Assembly: GCA_963836205.1 (NCBI GenBank)
Contig: CAWIIV010000007.1
Span: 32,001 to 96,000, forward strand
Direction: 5' to 3'
Length of the DNA stretch: 64,000 nucleotides
Origin: an uncultured Acidimicrobiia bacterium
Lineage (GTDB): Bacteria > Actinomycetota > Acidimicrobiia > Acidimicrobiales > AC-14
The translations under genes were made by a program, and so were the position numbers. Positions 47,935 through 58,255 of the stretch are shown one piece after another. Each line of letters begins with the position of its first letter. Within the stretch, counting starts at the first letter, position 1. Under the pieces are notes generated by a model. That model saw nothing but the letters and a program-made list of their open reading frames with translations, did not search any database and was not told the DNA's origin.

Positions 47935-49082
47935 GCGACGACCCGCCCGTCCTTCACGACCGCGTGCACCAGGGGCATGCCCGGCCGGTAGGCGAGGTCG
48001 GCCCACCGGTCGCTGTCGAGGACCACCAGGTCGCCCCGCGCCCCCGGTCGGAGGTGTCCGACATCGCCCCGCCGGAGGGCCTTGGCCCCACCTTCGGTGG
48101 CGGCCCGCACCGCCTCGTCGGCGGTCAGCCCGTAGGCGCTGCACGCGAGGGCGATCACGAAAGGCATCGACGTGGTGTTCGACGTGCCCGGGTTGCAGTC
48201 GGTGCCGAGGGCGAGGGTCACGCCCCCATCGTGCAGCATCCGGGCGGGGGCGTAGCCCGACCGCAGGGAGAACGACGTGGCCGGCAGCAGGACGGCCACC
48301 ACCCCGGCCGCGGCCAACGCCCGGGCGTCGGCCTCGTCGACGAGCACCAGGTGGTCGGCCGACAGGCAGTGCAGCTCCGCCGCCAGCTTGGCCCCGCCGG
48401 TGTGGGCCAGCTCCTCGGCGTGGATGCGCGGCGCCAGCCCGTGGCGTTGCCCCGCCTCCAGCACCCGGCGGGCCTGGTCGACCGTCAGCGCCCCCTCGTC
48501 ACAGAAGGCGTCGCAGCTCACGGCCAGGCCGGCGCAGGCGGGCAGCATCTCGTCCACCACCAGGTCGAGGTAGTCGGGGTCGGGGGCGAGGTGGGCGCCC
48601 AGGAACGTGGGAACCAGCTCGGCCGGCGTGCGGGCGTCGGCCGCCGCGATCACCTCCAGCAGCCGCCGCTCGTGGGTGACGTCGAGCCCGTAGCCGGACT
48701 TGACCTCGATGGTCGTGGTCCCCGTGGCCAGCGCCGCCGCCGCCCGCCCGACCACGCCCTCGACCAGCTCCTCGAACGGCGCCGCCCGGGTGGCAGCCAC
48801 CGTCCGCATGATCCCCCCGGCGGCGTACGGCCGCCCGGCCAGCCGGGCCTCGAACTCGTCGCACCGGTCGCCGGCGAAGACGAGGTGGGTGTGGGCGTCG
48901 ACGAAGCCGGGGATCACCGCCCGCCCGCCGGCATCGAGCTCGGGCAGGTCGAGGTCGACCGTGACGTCGGCGTCGGCCACGACCCGCTCGACGACCCCGC
49001 CCCGCACCACGATCGCCGACGGCCCGTCATCGCGGCGGTAGCCGAACACCCGCCCCGCCCGTCGAACGACGAGGTCAGCCAT
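47931..49082 (-). CDS. hutI: imidazolonepropionase
   Basis: [40 protein letters not shown]. Confidence 0.95.
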   Translation of the reverse strand: MADLVVRRAGRVFGYRRDDGPSAIVVRGGVVERVVADADVTVDLDLPELDAGGRAVIPGFVDAHTHLVFAGDRCDEFEARLAGRPYAAGGIMRTVAATRAAPFEELVEGVVGRAAAALATGTTTIEVKSGYGLDVTHERRLLEVIAAADARTPAELVPTFLGAHLAPDPDYLDLVVDEMLPACAGLAVSCDAFCDEGALTVDQARRVLEAGQRHGLAPRIHAEELAHTGGAKLAAELHCLSADHLVLVDEADARALAAAGVVAVLLPATSFSLRSGYAPARMLHDGGVTLALGTDCNPGTSNTTSMPFVIALACSAYGLTADEAVRAATEGGAKALRRGDVGHLRPGARGDLVVLDSDRWADLAYRPGMPLVHAVVKDGRVVA

Positions 49083-50715
49083 CGGCCATCGGCACCCGTA
49101 CGCCCTTCGCGGCGGCGACGTCCCGGGCCCGGTCGTAGCCGGCGTCGGCATGCCGCATGACGCCGGTGGCGGGGTCGTTCCACAACATCAGCTCGGCTCG
49201 CCGGGCAGCGTCGTCCGACCCGTCGACCACCAGTTGGGCCCCGGCGTGGATCGACTTGCCCATCCCCACGCCCCCGCCGTGGTGGACGGCCACCCACGAC
49301 GCCCCCGAGGCTGTGTTCAGCAGGGCGTTGAGGATGGGCCAGTCGGCGATGGCGTCGGACCCGTCGGCCATGGCCTCGGTCTCCCGGTAGGGCGACGCCA
49401 CCGACCCCGCGTCGAGGTGGTCGCGGCCGATGACGATGGGCGCCTTCACGTCTCCCCGCCGCACCAACTCGTTGAACAGGACCCCGGCCCGGTCGCGCTC
49501 GCCCAGGCCCAGCCAGCAGATGCGGGCGGGCAGCCCCTGGAACCGCACCCGGGCCGGCGCCAGCTCCAGCCACCGCTGCAACAGGGGGTCGTCGGGGAAG
49601 GCGGCCGCCGCCGCGGCATCGGTGACGGCGATGTCGGCCGGGTCTCCGGACAGGGCCACCCACCGGAACGGACCCTTGCCCTCGCAGAACAGCGGGCGCA
49701 GGTAGGCGGGCACGAAGCCGGGGTACCCGAAGGCGTCGGCGAAGCCACCGGTCCGGGCCTCGCCCCGCAGGTTGTTCCCGTAGTCGAACACGACCGCCCC
49801 GGCCCGCAGGAACCCCACCATGGCTTCGCAGTGGGTGGCCATCGCCGCCCGGGCCCGCCGGACGTACTCGTCGGGCTCGGCCGCCCGTAGCGCCACGGCC
49901 TCCGTCAACGTCATCCGGTTGGGGACGTAGCCGTACAGGGGATCGTGGGCGGATGTCTGGTCGGTGACCACGTCCGCCTCGAAGCCCGCGGCCAACAATG
50001 CGGGGAAGGCGTCGGCCGCGTTGGCCACCACGCCCACCGACAACGCTCGCCCCTCGGCGGCCGCGGCCCGGCAGCGACGGACGGCGTCGTCCACCGAGTC
50101 GGCCCGCTCGTCGAGGTAACCCTCGGCCAGCCGCCGCTCCACCCTCGACGGGTCGACCTCGACGCACAGGCCCACCCCACCGTTCATGGTGACGGCCAGC
50201 GGCTGTGCTCCCCCCATCCCGCCGAGGCCGGAGGTGAGCACCACCCGTCCCGCCAGCGTCCCCCCGAAGTGACGGTCGGCGACCGCGGCGAACGTCTGGA
50301 ACGTCCCCTGGAGGATCCCCTGGGTGCCGATGTAGATCCACGACCCGGCCGTCATCTGGCCGTAGGCGGTCAGCCCCAACGCCTCCAGCCGCCAGAACTC
50401 GTCCCACGTGGCCCAGTCCGGCACCAGCAGGGAGTTGGCCAGCAGCACCCGGGGGGCCATGGGATGGGTGCGGAACACGCCCACCGGCTTGCCCGACTGC
50501 ACCAGCAGGGTCTGGTCGTCCTCCAGGGCGGTCAGCTCCCGGACGATGGCATGGAACGCGTCCCACGACCGGGCTGCCTTCCCCCGCCCGCCGTACACGA
50601 TCAGGTCTTCCGGACGCTCGGCCACCTCGGGGTCGAGGTTGTTCATCAGGCACCGCAGCGCCCCCTCCTGGGCCCACCCCTTGCACGTCCGCTCCGGACC
50701 GCGGGCCGCCCTCAC
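49075..50715 (-). CDS. hutU: urocanate hydratase
   Basis: [58 protein letters not shown]. Confidence 0.97.
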   Translation of the reverse strand: MRAARGPERTCKGWAQEGALRCLMNNLDPEVAERPEDLIVYGGRGKAARSWDAFHAIVRELTALEDDQTLLVQSGKPVGVFRTHPMAPRVLLANSLLVPDWATWDEFWRLEALGLTAYGQMTAGSWIYIGTQGILQGTFQTFAAVADRHFGGTLAGRVVLTSGLGGMGGAQPLAVTMNGGVGLCVEVDPSRVERRLAEGYLDERADSVDDAVRRCRAAAAEGRALSVGVVANAADAFPALLAAGFEADVVTDQTSAHDPLYGYVPNRMTLTEAVALRAAEPDEYVRRARAAMATHCEAMVGFLRAGAVVFDYGNNLRGEARTGGFADAFGYPGFVPAYLRPLFCEGKGPFRWVALSGDPADIAVTDAAAAAAFPDDPLLQRWLELAPARVRFQGLPARICWLGLGERDRAGVLFNELVRRGDVKAPIVIGRDHLDAGSVASPYRETEAMADGSDAIADWPILNALLNTASGASWVAVHHGGGVGMGKSIHAGAQLVVDGSDDAARRAELMLWNDPATGVMRHADAGYDRARDVAAAKGVRVPMADG

Positions 50716-52262
50716 GCCAGCTCCACCGGCACCGAGCGGAGGACGGCCCCGCTGCGCACCAGTTCCTCGGCCGCGGCCAGGTCGGGCGCGAGGAAGCGGT
50801 CGACGTCCATGCGGGGGACGTGCCGGCGCAGGCACTCGAGGGCGGCCCCGGTGGCCGGACCCGGCTCCAGCCCCCGCAACTCCACCGCCTCCGCCGCGCA
50901 CACCAGCTCGATGGCCACCACCCGCATGGCGTCGGTGACGGCCGCCCGCAGCGACAGGCAGGCGTTCCACCCCATCGACACGTGGTCCTCCTGGCCGGCG
51001 GAGGTGGACACCGAGTCGCACGAGGCCGGCGTCGCCAAACCCCGCAGCCGGTTGACGAGGGCGGCCGCGGTGTAATGGGCCAGCATGAAGCCCGAGTTCA
51101 CGCCCGCCTCGGGGGCGAGGAACGGGGGCAGCCCGTCGGACCGGGACGGGTCCATGAGCCGGTCGACCCGCCGCTCGACGATCGACGCCAGGTCGGCCAG
51201 GGCGATGGTGGCGAAGTCGGCCGCGTACGCCAACGGCTGGCCGTGGAAGTTGCCCGTCGACACCACGTCGTCGGTCTCGGGGTCGTCCGACTCGGGAAAC
51301 ACGACCGGATTGTCGGTCACCGACGCCAGTTCGACCTCCACCACCCCCCGGCACCACTCGACCACGTCCCGGGCGGCGCCGTGCACCTGGGGCGCGCACC
51401 GCAGCGAGTAGGCGTCCTGCACCGCGTGCTCGACATGGCGGTGGGAGGCGACGATGGGGGATGCCTCGAGCAGGCGCCGGAGGTTGGCCGCGCTGGCCCG
51501 TTGCCCGGCGTGGGGCCGTAGGGCCTGGATGCGGTCGGCGAACGGGGCATCGGTGCCCCGCAGCGCCTCCACACTCAGGGCGCAGGTGATGTCGGCCGTC
51601 GGCAGGAGGACGTCGAGGTCGGCCAGGGCCAGGCAGAGGTGGGCGAGCATGCCCTCGGTGCCGTTGAGCAGGGCCAGCCCCTCCTTGGCCTCCAGCCGGA
51701 TGGGCTCCAGCCCGGCCGCGGCCAGGGCGGGACCGGCGTCGACCCGTTCGCCGGCGACCGTCCCATCGAGCACCCACCCCTTGCCGAGGAGGACGATGGC
51801 GGCGTGGGCCAGGGGGGCGAGGTCGCCCGACGCCCCCAGGGAGCCGATCTCGGGGACGGCCGGGGTGACGCCGGCGTTGAGGAGACCGGCGATGGCCCGC
51901 ACGAGGAGCGGTCGCACGCCCGACGCCCCCGCGGCCAGGGTGCGAGCCTTGAGCAGCTGCATGGCCCGCACCACCTCCCGGTCGACGTTCGCCCCCATGC
52001 CCGCGGCGTGGCTCTGCACGAGGGCGTACTGCACCTGGGCCACGTGCTCGGCCGGGATCCGGGTCGAGGCCAGGGCGCCGAAGCCGGTGGTCACGCCGTA
52101 GACCGTGCGCCCCTCGGCCACCGCCCGCTCGACCAGGGCCCGGGACGCGGCCATGGTCGTGTCGAGGTCGGCCGCCACCTCCACCGGCGCGCCGTCGCGA
52201 GCCACCGCCACCACGTCGGCCACCGCCAGCGGCTCCCGTCCGACGACGACCATCACGGCCAT
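50712..52262 (-). CDS. hutH: histidine ammonia-lyase
   Basis: [17 protein letters not shown] (MIO ASG), [24 protein letters not shown]. Start 52262 or 52253. Confidence 0.96.
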   Translation of the reverse strand: MAVMVVVGREPLAVADVVAVARDGAPVEVAADLDTTMAASRALVERAVAEGRTVYGVTTGFGALASTRIPAEHVAQVQYALVQSHAAGMGANVDREVVRAMQLLKARTLAAGASGVRPLLVRAIAGLLNAGVTPAVPEIGSLGASGDLAPLAHAAIVLLGKGWVLDGTVAGERVDAGPALAAAGLEPIRLEAKEGLALLNGTEGMLAHLCLALADLDVLLPTADITCALSVEALRGTDAPFADRIQALRPHAGQRASAANLRRLLEASPIVASHRHVEHAVQDAYSLRCAPQVHGAARDVVEWCRGVVEVELASVTDNPVVFPESDDPETDDVVSTGNFHGQPLAYAADFATIALADLASIVERRVDRLMDPSRSDGLPPFLAPEAGVNSGFMLAHYTAAALVNRLRGLATPASCDSVSTSAGQEDHVSMGWNACLSLRAAVTDAMRVVAIELVCAAEAVELRGLEPGPATGAALECLRRHVPRMDVDRFLAPDLAAAEELVRSGAVLRSVPVELA

Positions 52263-52278
52263 CTTGCCCGGACGGCCG

Positions 52279-52327
52279 TTCCTGGGCATGAAAAGGGGCG
52301 CCAGGCACCCCTTTTCGTGCCCAAGAA
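52279..52327. repeat. REP-like hairpin, family B copy 2
   Basis: TTCCTGGGCATGAAAAGGGG...GCACCCCTTTTCGTGCCCAAGAA between divergent hutH and glpX. Confidence 0.75.
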
Positions 52328-52380
52328 CCCAGCCTGATGCCCTGGTCGGACCCGTCGGCGGCCCCGGGTAGTGTCCGAAG

Positions 52381-53361
52381 GTGACCCCCGAACAGCTGCA
52401 CACGCCCGACCGCAACCTGGCCATGGAGTTCGTCCGGGCCACCGAGGCGGGGGCGATGGCCGCCGCCCGGTGGATGGGCCGGGGCGAGAAGGAGGAGGCC
52501 GACGGGGCCGCGGTGGAGGCCATGCGCCTGTTCCTCAACAGCGTCCTCATGACCGGCGTCGTCGTCATCGGGGAGGGGGAGAAGGACGAGGCTCCCATGC
52601 TCTACAACGGTGAGGAGCTGGGCCGGGGGGGCCCGCCCGAGGTCGACATCGCCGTCGACCCGGTGGAGGGCACCACCCTCGCCGCCCTGGGCCGGCCCAA
52701 CGCCCTGTCGGTGATCGCGGCCAGCGAGCGGGGGACGATGTTCGACCCCGGACCCTGCTTCTACATGAACAAGGTGGCGGTGGGCGCGGCCGCGGCCGGT
52801 TCGATCGACATCGACCGTCCCCCCCGGGAGAACCTGGAGGCGGTGGCCAAGGCCCTCGGCCTGCCGGTGAGCGACGTCACCGCGGTCGTCCTCGACCGTC
52901 CCCGCCACGCCGACCTCATCGCCGAGATCCGGGCCGCGGGCGCCCGCATCCGCCTCATCGAGCACGGCGACGTGGCCGGCGGCATCTCCACCGGCTGGCC
53001 CGACGCCGCCGGCGACATCCTCTTCGGCATCGGCGGCACCCCCGAGGGCGTCATCACCGCCGCCGCCCTCAAGTGCATGGGCGGCGAGATGCAGGCCCGC
53101 CTCTGGCCCAAGGACGACACCGAGCGCCAACGGGTGATCGACGCCGGCATCGACCCCGACCGCGTCCTCGGCACCCACGACCTGGTCCGGGGCGACAACT
53201 GCTTCTTCGCCTGCACCGGCATCACCGACGGCGAGCTGTGCCGGGGCGTCCGCTACGACGCCCGGGGCGTCACCACCGAGTCACTGGTGATGCGCTCCCA
53301 GTCGGGCACCGTCCGCAAGATCACCGCCGTCTACCCCCCCGGCCACGCCTGGGCCCACTGA
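52381..53361 (+). CDS. glpX: class II fructose-1,6-bisphosphatase
   Basis: [45 protein letters not shown]. Confidence 0.96.
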   Translation: MTPEQLHTPDRNLAMEFVRATEAGAMAAARWMGRGEKEEADGAAVEAMRLFLNSVLMTGVVVIGEGEKDEAPMLYNGEELGRGGPPEVDIAVDPVEGTTLAALGRPNALSVIAASERGTMFDPGPCFYMNKVAVGAAAAGSIDIDRPPRENLEAVAKALGLPVSDVTAVVLDRPRHADLIAEIRAAGARIRLIEHGDVAGGISTGWPDAAGDILFGIGGTPEGVITAAALKCMGGEMQARLWPKDDTERQRVIDAGIDPDRVLGTHDLVRGDNCFFACTGITDGELCRGVRYDARGVTTESLVMRSQSGTVRKITAVYPPGHAWAH

Positions 53362-53376
53362 GGCCGGCGGCCCGGC

Positions 53377-54783
53377 TCAGGCGAGGAGCGCGAGCAGGGC
53401 CCGGCGGTCGGGCCCGGGCATTCGCAGGGGCGGGCCCGGGGGCACCGCCCCGACCTTCTCCATGAACCCGGGCCGGGCGAAGACCTCCTGGGGCAGGGCC
53501 AGGCACATGGCCGTCTCCAGGACACCCCGGAACACGTCCGGGTCGTGGAACATGGCTCCCCCCACCGCCACCATCGTGGGGTCGGGCGCCGGCGGCTCGT
53601 CGCCTCGGCGGAGGGCGTCCATCTCGGCAATCCGCCGACGGTCGGCCGTGATCTGGTTCCAGTAGTAGGGCGCCACCCGCTCCTCGGTCACCTGGTCGAA
53701 CGCCCTCACGAGTCCCTCGGGGTCAGCCACACCCCATGTCCGCACCACCTGCCGCAGTCCCTGGGCATGGACGAGCCCGACGGTGATGCCCCGCCCGGCG
53801 GACGGGTTGGTGCACGCCCACGCGTCCCCCACCGCGACCACGCCCGTCGCCACCGGTTGGTCGTCCACCACGAACCGCCGGTAGCGGTCGAGCACGCCGG
53901 CCATGGTGAGCACGCCCGTGATCGGTTCCCCCCGCACCCAGCCCGCCTGCAAGGGGCAGGCTTTCACCACCGCGGTGAACCGGTCGGCGTCCTTGAGCCC
54001 CCGCAGGGCGGTGTCGGCCGACGCCGCCCACACCGTCACCGACCACGTGCCGTTGTCGCCGGGGATGGTGAGCAGGGAGATGGTGCCGATCTCGGAGATC
54101 GGCGACGACAACACGCGGGGCAGCCTCGGGCCGGTGAAATACCGGGTGTGGTAGACGAACCCGGAGTCCTCCGACTCGACGTGGGGACGACGAGCGCCTA
54201 CCGCCTCCAGCCACTCGGCCAGGCGGGTGCGGCGGCCAGTGGCGTCGAGGACGAGGTCGGCGGCCAGCTCGTCGCCGTCGGTCGTGTGCACCCCGACCAC
54301 GTGGGGCACGCCCGCCACCACCTCCTCCGCCGCCGGTCCAGCAAGTAGTCCCGCGCCGGCGACGCCCCGCCGAACCTCCACCCCGTCCTCCGCTTCCGCC
54401 GCCTGGGCGAGCACCGCCTCGATCACCGGCCGCCGCCCGGTGACGAACCGGAACCGGTCGTCGCCGTCCTGCGGGGTCTTGTCGAGCGACGGCGGGGCCA
54501 TGCCGATGGGATCCACCCACACGCAGCCGGCCTCGACCAACCGGTCGACCACGCCCGGCAGTTCCTCGTCGAGGATGAGACGAGCCCGGGAGAACAGGTT
54601 GTGGGGCTGGTGGAACTGGGCCACTCCCGGCCGCGACCACCCCTCCCAGGCGTCGGCGGCCGGGCCCGGCGGCGGGGGCGACCCGTCCCGCTCCAAGACG
54701 GTCACCCGGTGGCCGTCCCGGGCCAGCATCATCGCCGACGCCAGCCCGATGACACTTCCCCCGCACACCACGATCGACGCCAT
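53377..54783 (-). CDS. FAD-dependent oxidoreductase
   Basis: VCGGSVIGL..A..LAR.G..VTVLERD, DATGR, GDA...NP..GRG. Confidence 0.85.
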   Translation of the reverse strand: MASIVVCGGSVIGLASAMMLARDGHRVTVLERDGSPPPPGPAADAWEGWSRPGVAQFHQPHNLFSRARLILDEELPGVVDRLVEAGCVWVDPIGMAPPSLDKTPQDGDDRFRFVTGRRPVIEAVLAQAAEAEDGVEVRRGVAGAGLLAGPAAEEVVAGVPHVVGVHTTDGDELAADLVLDATGRRTRLAEWLEAVGARRPHVESEDSGFVYHTRYFTGPRLPRVLSSPISEIGTISLLTIPGDNGTWSVTVWAASADTALRGLKDADRFTAVVKACPLQAGWVRGEPITGVLTMAGVLDRYRRFVVDDQPVATGVVAVGDAWACTNPSAGRGITVGLVHAQGLRQVVRTWGVADPEGLVRAFDQVTEERVAPYYWNQITADRRRIAEMDALRRGDEPPAPDPTMVAVGGAMFHDPDVFRGVLETAMCLALPQEVFARPGFMEKVGAVPPGPPLRMPGPDRRALLALLA

Positions 54784-54828
54784 CGCCACCACGGTACGGC
54801 GCCATGAGTTCTCCCGACCGCCGCCGGA

Positions 54829-56454
54829 TCAGAACTCGGGCAGCTTTTGCTGGCGACCGATCAGGGCGACAAGGGGGTCTCCCCGACCATTCCGATTACC
54901 TGGGGCCAGCCGGTCGAGGACGGTGCGGATCGTCCACCGGTCGGGGCGGAGGTCGGGGTCGTCGAGCTCGTCCCACTCGATCGGCACCGACACCGGGGCT
55001 CCCGGGGACGGGCGGGCGCTGAACGGGGCCACCAGGGTCTTGTTGATAGCGTTCTGGGTGTAGTCGAGGCGGGCCAGGCCGTGGCGGCGGTTGGTCTCCC
55101 ACTCCCAGCTGACCAGCTCGGGCACCGTCGCACCCACCGCCCGGGACACCTTCTCCACCCACTTGCGGGTCTCGGCGAACGTGTAGCCGTCGGCGACCGG
55201 CACCCAGATCTGGATGCCCCGCTTGCCCGTCACCTTGGGCATCCCGGCCACGCCCAGGTGCTCCAGGGCGGTGCGGTAGAGCCGGGCCAGGACGACGACA
55301 TCGTCGAACGTCACCTTGGGCCCGGGGTCGATGTCGATGAGGGCCCACGTCGGCTGGTGGACGTCGGGGAGCCGCGACGTCCACGCGTGCAGCTCGAGGC
55401 CCCCGTAGTTCGCCATCCAGGCCAGGGCGGGGACGCTGTCGACCACGAAGTACAACGCCGTCTCGCCCGGGTCGACGTCCTCCCGATGCCAGCGGGTCAG
55501 CCACTCGGGGGCGTGGCTCGGCACCTCCTTGTGCCAGAACCCGGGCTTGCCCGCCCCGTCGGGGAAGCGGTTGAGGTTGATGGGCCGGTCGTACAGGTAG
55601 GGGAGCATGAAGGGCGCGACCCGGGCGTGGTAGCGGATGAGGTCCCGCTTGGTCACCGCGTCCTCCCCGTCCCGGGCGGGAAAGAGGACCTTGTCGAGGT
55701 TGGTGAGCTTCAGCTCCTGGCCCTGGAGGGTCCACGTGCCGGCCTTGCCCAGGGCGTCGAGGGCGGCGAGTTCCTCGTCGGTCGGCGGGTCCCACGTGGG
55801 CGGCGGGCCGCTCCCCAGCTGGACGGCGGCCTCGGCCGCGGGCCGGTCGCTGTGCCACTCCACGTCGGGCGCGGCCAACACCTCGTCGTTGGTGCGCCCG
55901 GTCTTGACCGAACGGGGGTGCTCCTCCGGGTCCCACCCCGACTGGGCGTGGTCGTCCTTCTTGTGGAGCAGCAGCCACTGCTCCTTGCCGCCTTTGTCCT
56001 TGTCCCTATCGGTGCGGACGAGGACGAAGCGCCCGGCCAGCTTCTCTCCTTGGAGGTCGAAGTGAAGCTCGCCCTGGTCGATGGCGGCGGCCGCGTCGGC
56101 GTCGGCGGGGCGCGACGGCTGCCAGGTCCCCCAGTCCCAGACGATCACGTCGCCCCCGCCGTAGGAGCCCTTGGGGATGACGCCCTCGAAGTCGAAGTAC
56201 TCGATGGGATGGTCCTCCACGTGGACGGCCAGCCGGCGAGCCTTGGGGTCGAGGGTCGGGCCCTGCGGAACGGCCCAGCTGGCCAGCACCCCGTCGACCT
56301 CCAGCCGGAAGTCGTAGTGGAGCCGGCTGGCCCGGTGTCGCTGCACGACGAAACGCCTTGAGCCGGGTGACGTCGCGCCCCCGGCCGGCTCGGCGGTGAC
56401 GGTGAAGTCACGCTTGGCCCGGTAGGTCTTCAGCCGCTCCTGGGGATCGGGCAT
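54829..56454 (-). CDS. ligD: LigD-like NHEJ protein: 3'-phosphoesterase plus polymerase (PrimPol) domains, no ligase domain
   Basis: Y.AKRDF..T.EP, FVVQ.H.A.RLHYDFRLE, EDHP (PE); LTNLDKVLFP, RFPDG, DIDP, K.TGKRG, DYTQN, PVS.P..WDEL (Pol). Confidence 0.88.
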   Translation of the reverse strand: MPDPQERLKTYRAKRDFTVTAEPAGGATSPGSRRFVVQRHRASRLHYDFRLEVDGVLASWAVPQGPTLDPKARRLAVHVEDHPIEYFDFEGVIPKGSYGGGDVIVWDWGTWQPSRPADADAAAAIDQGELHFDLQGEKLAGRFVLVRTDRDKDKGGKEQWLLLHKKDDHAQSGWDPEEHPRSVKTGRTNDEVLAAPDVEWHSDRPAAEAAVQLGSGPPPTWDPPTDEELAALDALGKAGTWTLQGQELKLTNLDKVLFPARDGEDAVTKRDLIRYHARVAPFMLPYLYDRPINLNRFPDGAGKPGFWHKEVPSHAPEWLTRWHREDVDPGETALYFVVDSVPALAWMANYGGLELHAWTSRLPDVHQPTWALIDIDPGPKVTFDDVVVLARLYRTALEHLGVAGMPKVTGKRGIQIWVPVADGYTFAETRKWVEKVSRAVGATVPELVSWEWETNRRHGLARLDYTQNAINKTLVAPFSARPSPGAPVSVPIEWDELDDPDLRPDRWTIRTVLDRLAPGNRNGRGDPLVALIGRQQKLPEF

Positions 56455-56522
56455 CCCGCCTTCCTACCCGAACCGGTGACGATCAGCGCCGCGCACCGGA
56501 GTCCAGCGCCACCGGTTCGTCG

Positions 56523-57113
56523 TCAGGTGGCCGACCAGGCGGGGTCGCGGCCGGCGAGACCGACGACCCGGTCGATGAGGGGGGCCGAGTCGGGCTGCTC
56601 CACGGGCGGCCCGAACAGGCCTTGGCGGCCTTCCTCGTCCCCGGCCGCGACCTCGGCCACGAAGGCGTGCACCGCCTCCAGCGAGGCCGGGTCGCAGTCG
56701 TAGGGCTGGCCGCTGGCCCGGGCCACGTCCCAGCCGTGGACGACGAGCTCGTCGAGGGCGACCACGCCGGCCACCTCGCCCGGCAGGTCGATGCCGCCGG
56801 CCTGGGTCATGCCCTGCCACGCGGCCGGGTCCCGCCACGCCTCGGCCAGGGCGGCCAGTTGGCGGGGGATCTGGGTGCGCCAGTCGTCCGCCAATCGGGA
56901 CGCGTCGCCCGCCGGCCCCTGCGTCGTGGCCCCGCGGTCGAAGTCCTTGGCCGCGGCCGCGGTGAAGGCCGTTGCCAGCCCGCCGACGTGCTCGACCAGA
57001 TCGCCCAGCGAGTAGTCGGGACACGGCGTCGGCCCGGACAGGAGGTCGTCGGGGACGTTGGCGATCAGCTCGGCCATGCGCGTGGCGGCCGGTTCGAGGT
57101 CGACGGTCGTCAT
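56523..57113 (-). CDS. TIGR03086-like metal-binding protein (MDMPI/DinB superfamily)
   Basis: PTPC.DY...DLV.H, ELVVHGWD.ARA.GQ, GRDP. Confidence 0.85.
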   Translation of the reverse strand: MTTVDLEPAATRMAELIANVPDDLLSGPTPCPDYSLGDLVEHVGGLATAFTAAAAKDFDRGATTQGPAGDASRLADDWRTQIPRQLAALAEAWRDPAAWQGMTQAGGIDLPGEVAGVVALDELVVHGWDVARASGQPYDCDPASLEAVHAFVAEVAAGDEEGRQGLFGPPVEQPDSAPLIDRVVGLAGRDPAWSAT

Positions 57114-57271
57114 CAGAGGCGCTCCTCAGGGGTGGCGGTCGTGGTTCTCCCCAGTATGACGACGGGGGGCCGCCGAACTCGTCGGTGTCGGCGTCGTCAG
57201 CCGCGCTTGCCGGCCTGCGAGCGGGGGTAGGGATGCGCCTAGCCGCCGCCCGGAGTCCAGGAGGTCGCCCG

Positions 57272-58240
57272 ATGGTTGCCTACGGCTACACCCTGTCCAG
57301 CGAGGAGCACGGACCCTCCGACCTGGTGCACAACGCCCGCCGGGCGGAGGAGCTCGACTTCGATTTCGTCTCGGTCTCCGACCACTTCCATCCGTGGGTG
57401 AGCGCCCAGGGCCACAGCCCGTTCGTGTGGTCGGTGCTCGGGGCCATCGCCGCCTCCACCGAGCGGCTGCGGGTCGGCGTCGGCGTCACCTGCCCGATCA
57501 TCCGCATCCACCCCGCCATCGTCGCCCAGGCCACCGCCACCACCTCGCTCCTGTTCGAGGGCCGCTTCTTCTTCGGCGTGGGGTCGGGCGAGGCGCTCAA
57601 CGAGCACATCCTGGGCGAGCGGTGGCCGCCGCCCGGGGTTCGCCTGGCGATGCTGGAGGAGGCGGTCGAGCTGATCCGCAAGCTGTGGACGGGCAAGACC
57701 GTCGACCACCGGGGGGAGTACTACGAGGTCGAGAACGCTCGCCTCTTCGATCCCCCGACCGACCCGCCACCGGTCGTCGTGTCCGCCTTCGGGCCGAAGG
57801 CCATCGCCCTCGCCGCCCGCATCGGCGACGGCTACTGGGGCAACGCCCCCGAGCGCGAGCTGATCGACGGCTACCGCGACGGTGGCGGCACCGGTCCCCG
57901 CTACGCCCAGCTCGACATCTGTTGGGCCGACGACGAGGCGGTCGCCCGCAAGACGGTGCACGAGGTGTGGCCCAACGGCGGCGTCCCCGGCCAGCTCTCC
58001 CAGGACCTGCCCACGTGGACCCATTTCGAGGAAGCGGCCAAGCTGGTGACCGAGGAGGACGCCACCAAGTCGGTGCCGTGCGGGCCTGCGGTCGAGCCCG
58101 TCGTCGAATCCGTCCGCCAGTACCTCGACGCCGGCTACGACCACCTCTATTTCCACCAGATCGGCCCTGACCAGGACGGATTCTTCCGCTTCTGGTCGGA
58201 ACAGCTGCAACCGGCACTGGCCGACCTCGACGACACCTGA
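57272..58240 (+). CDS. F420-dependent LLM oxidoreductase (TIGR03557-like)
   Basis: GY.LSSEE, SDHFHPW, VTCP..R.HP, GSGEALNEH, HQIGPDQ. AGGAGG RBS. Confidence 0.9.
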   Translation: MVAYGYTLSSEEHGPSDLVHNARRAEELDFDFVSVSDHFHPWVSAQGHSPFVWSVLGAIAASTERLRVGVGVTCPIIRIHPAIVAQATATTSLLFEGRFFFGVGSGEALNEHILGERWPPPGVRLAMLEEAVELIRKLWTGKTVDHRGEYYEVENARLFDPPTDPPPVVVSAFGPKAIALAARIGDGYWGNAPERELIDGYRDGGGTGPRYAQLDICWADDEAVARKTVHEVWPNGGVPGQLSQDLPTWTHFEEAAKLVTEEDATKSVPCGPAVEPVVESVRQYLDAGYDHLYFHQIGPDQDGFFRFWSEQLQPALADLDDT

Positions 58241-58255
58241 GCCCGGGGACGCGGC

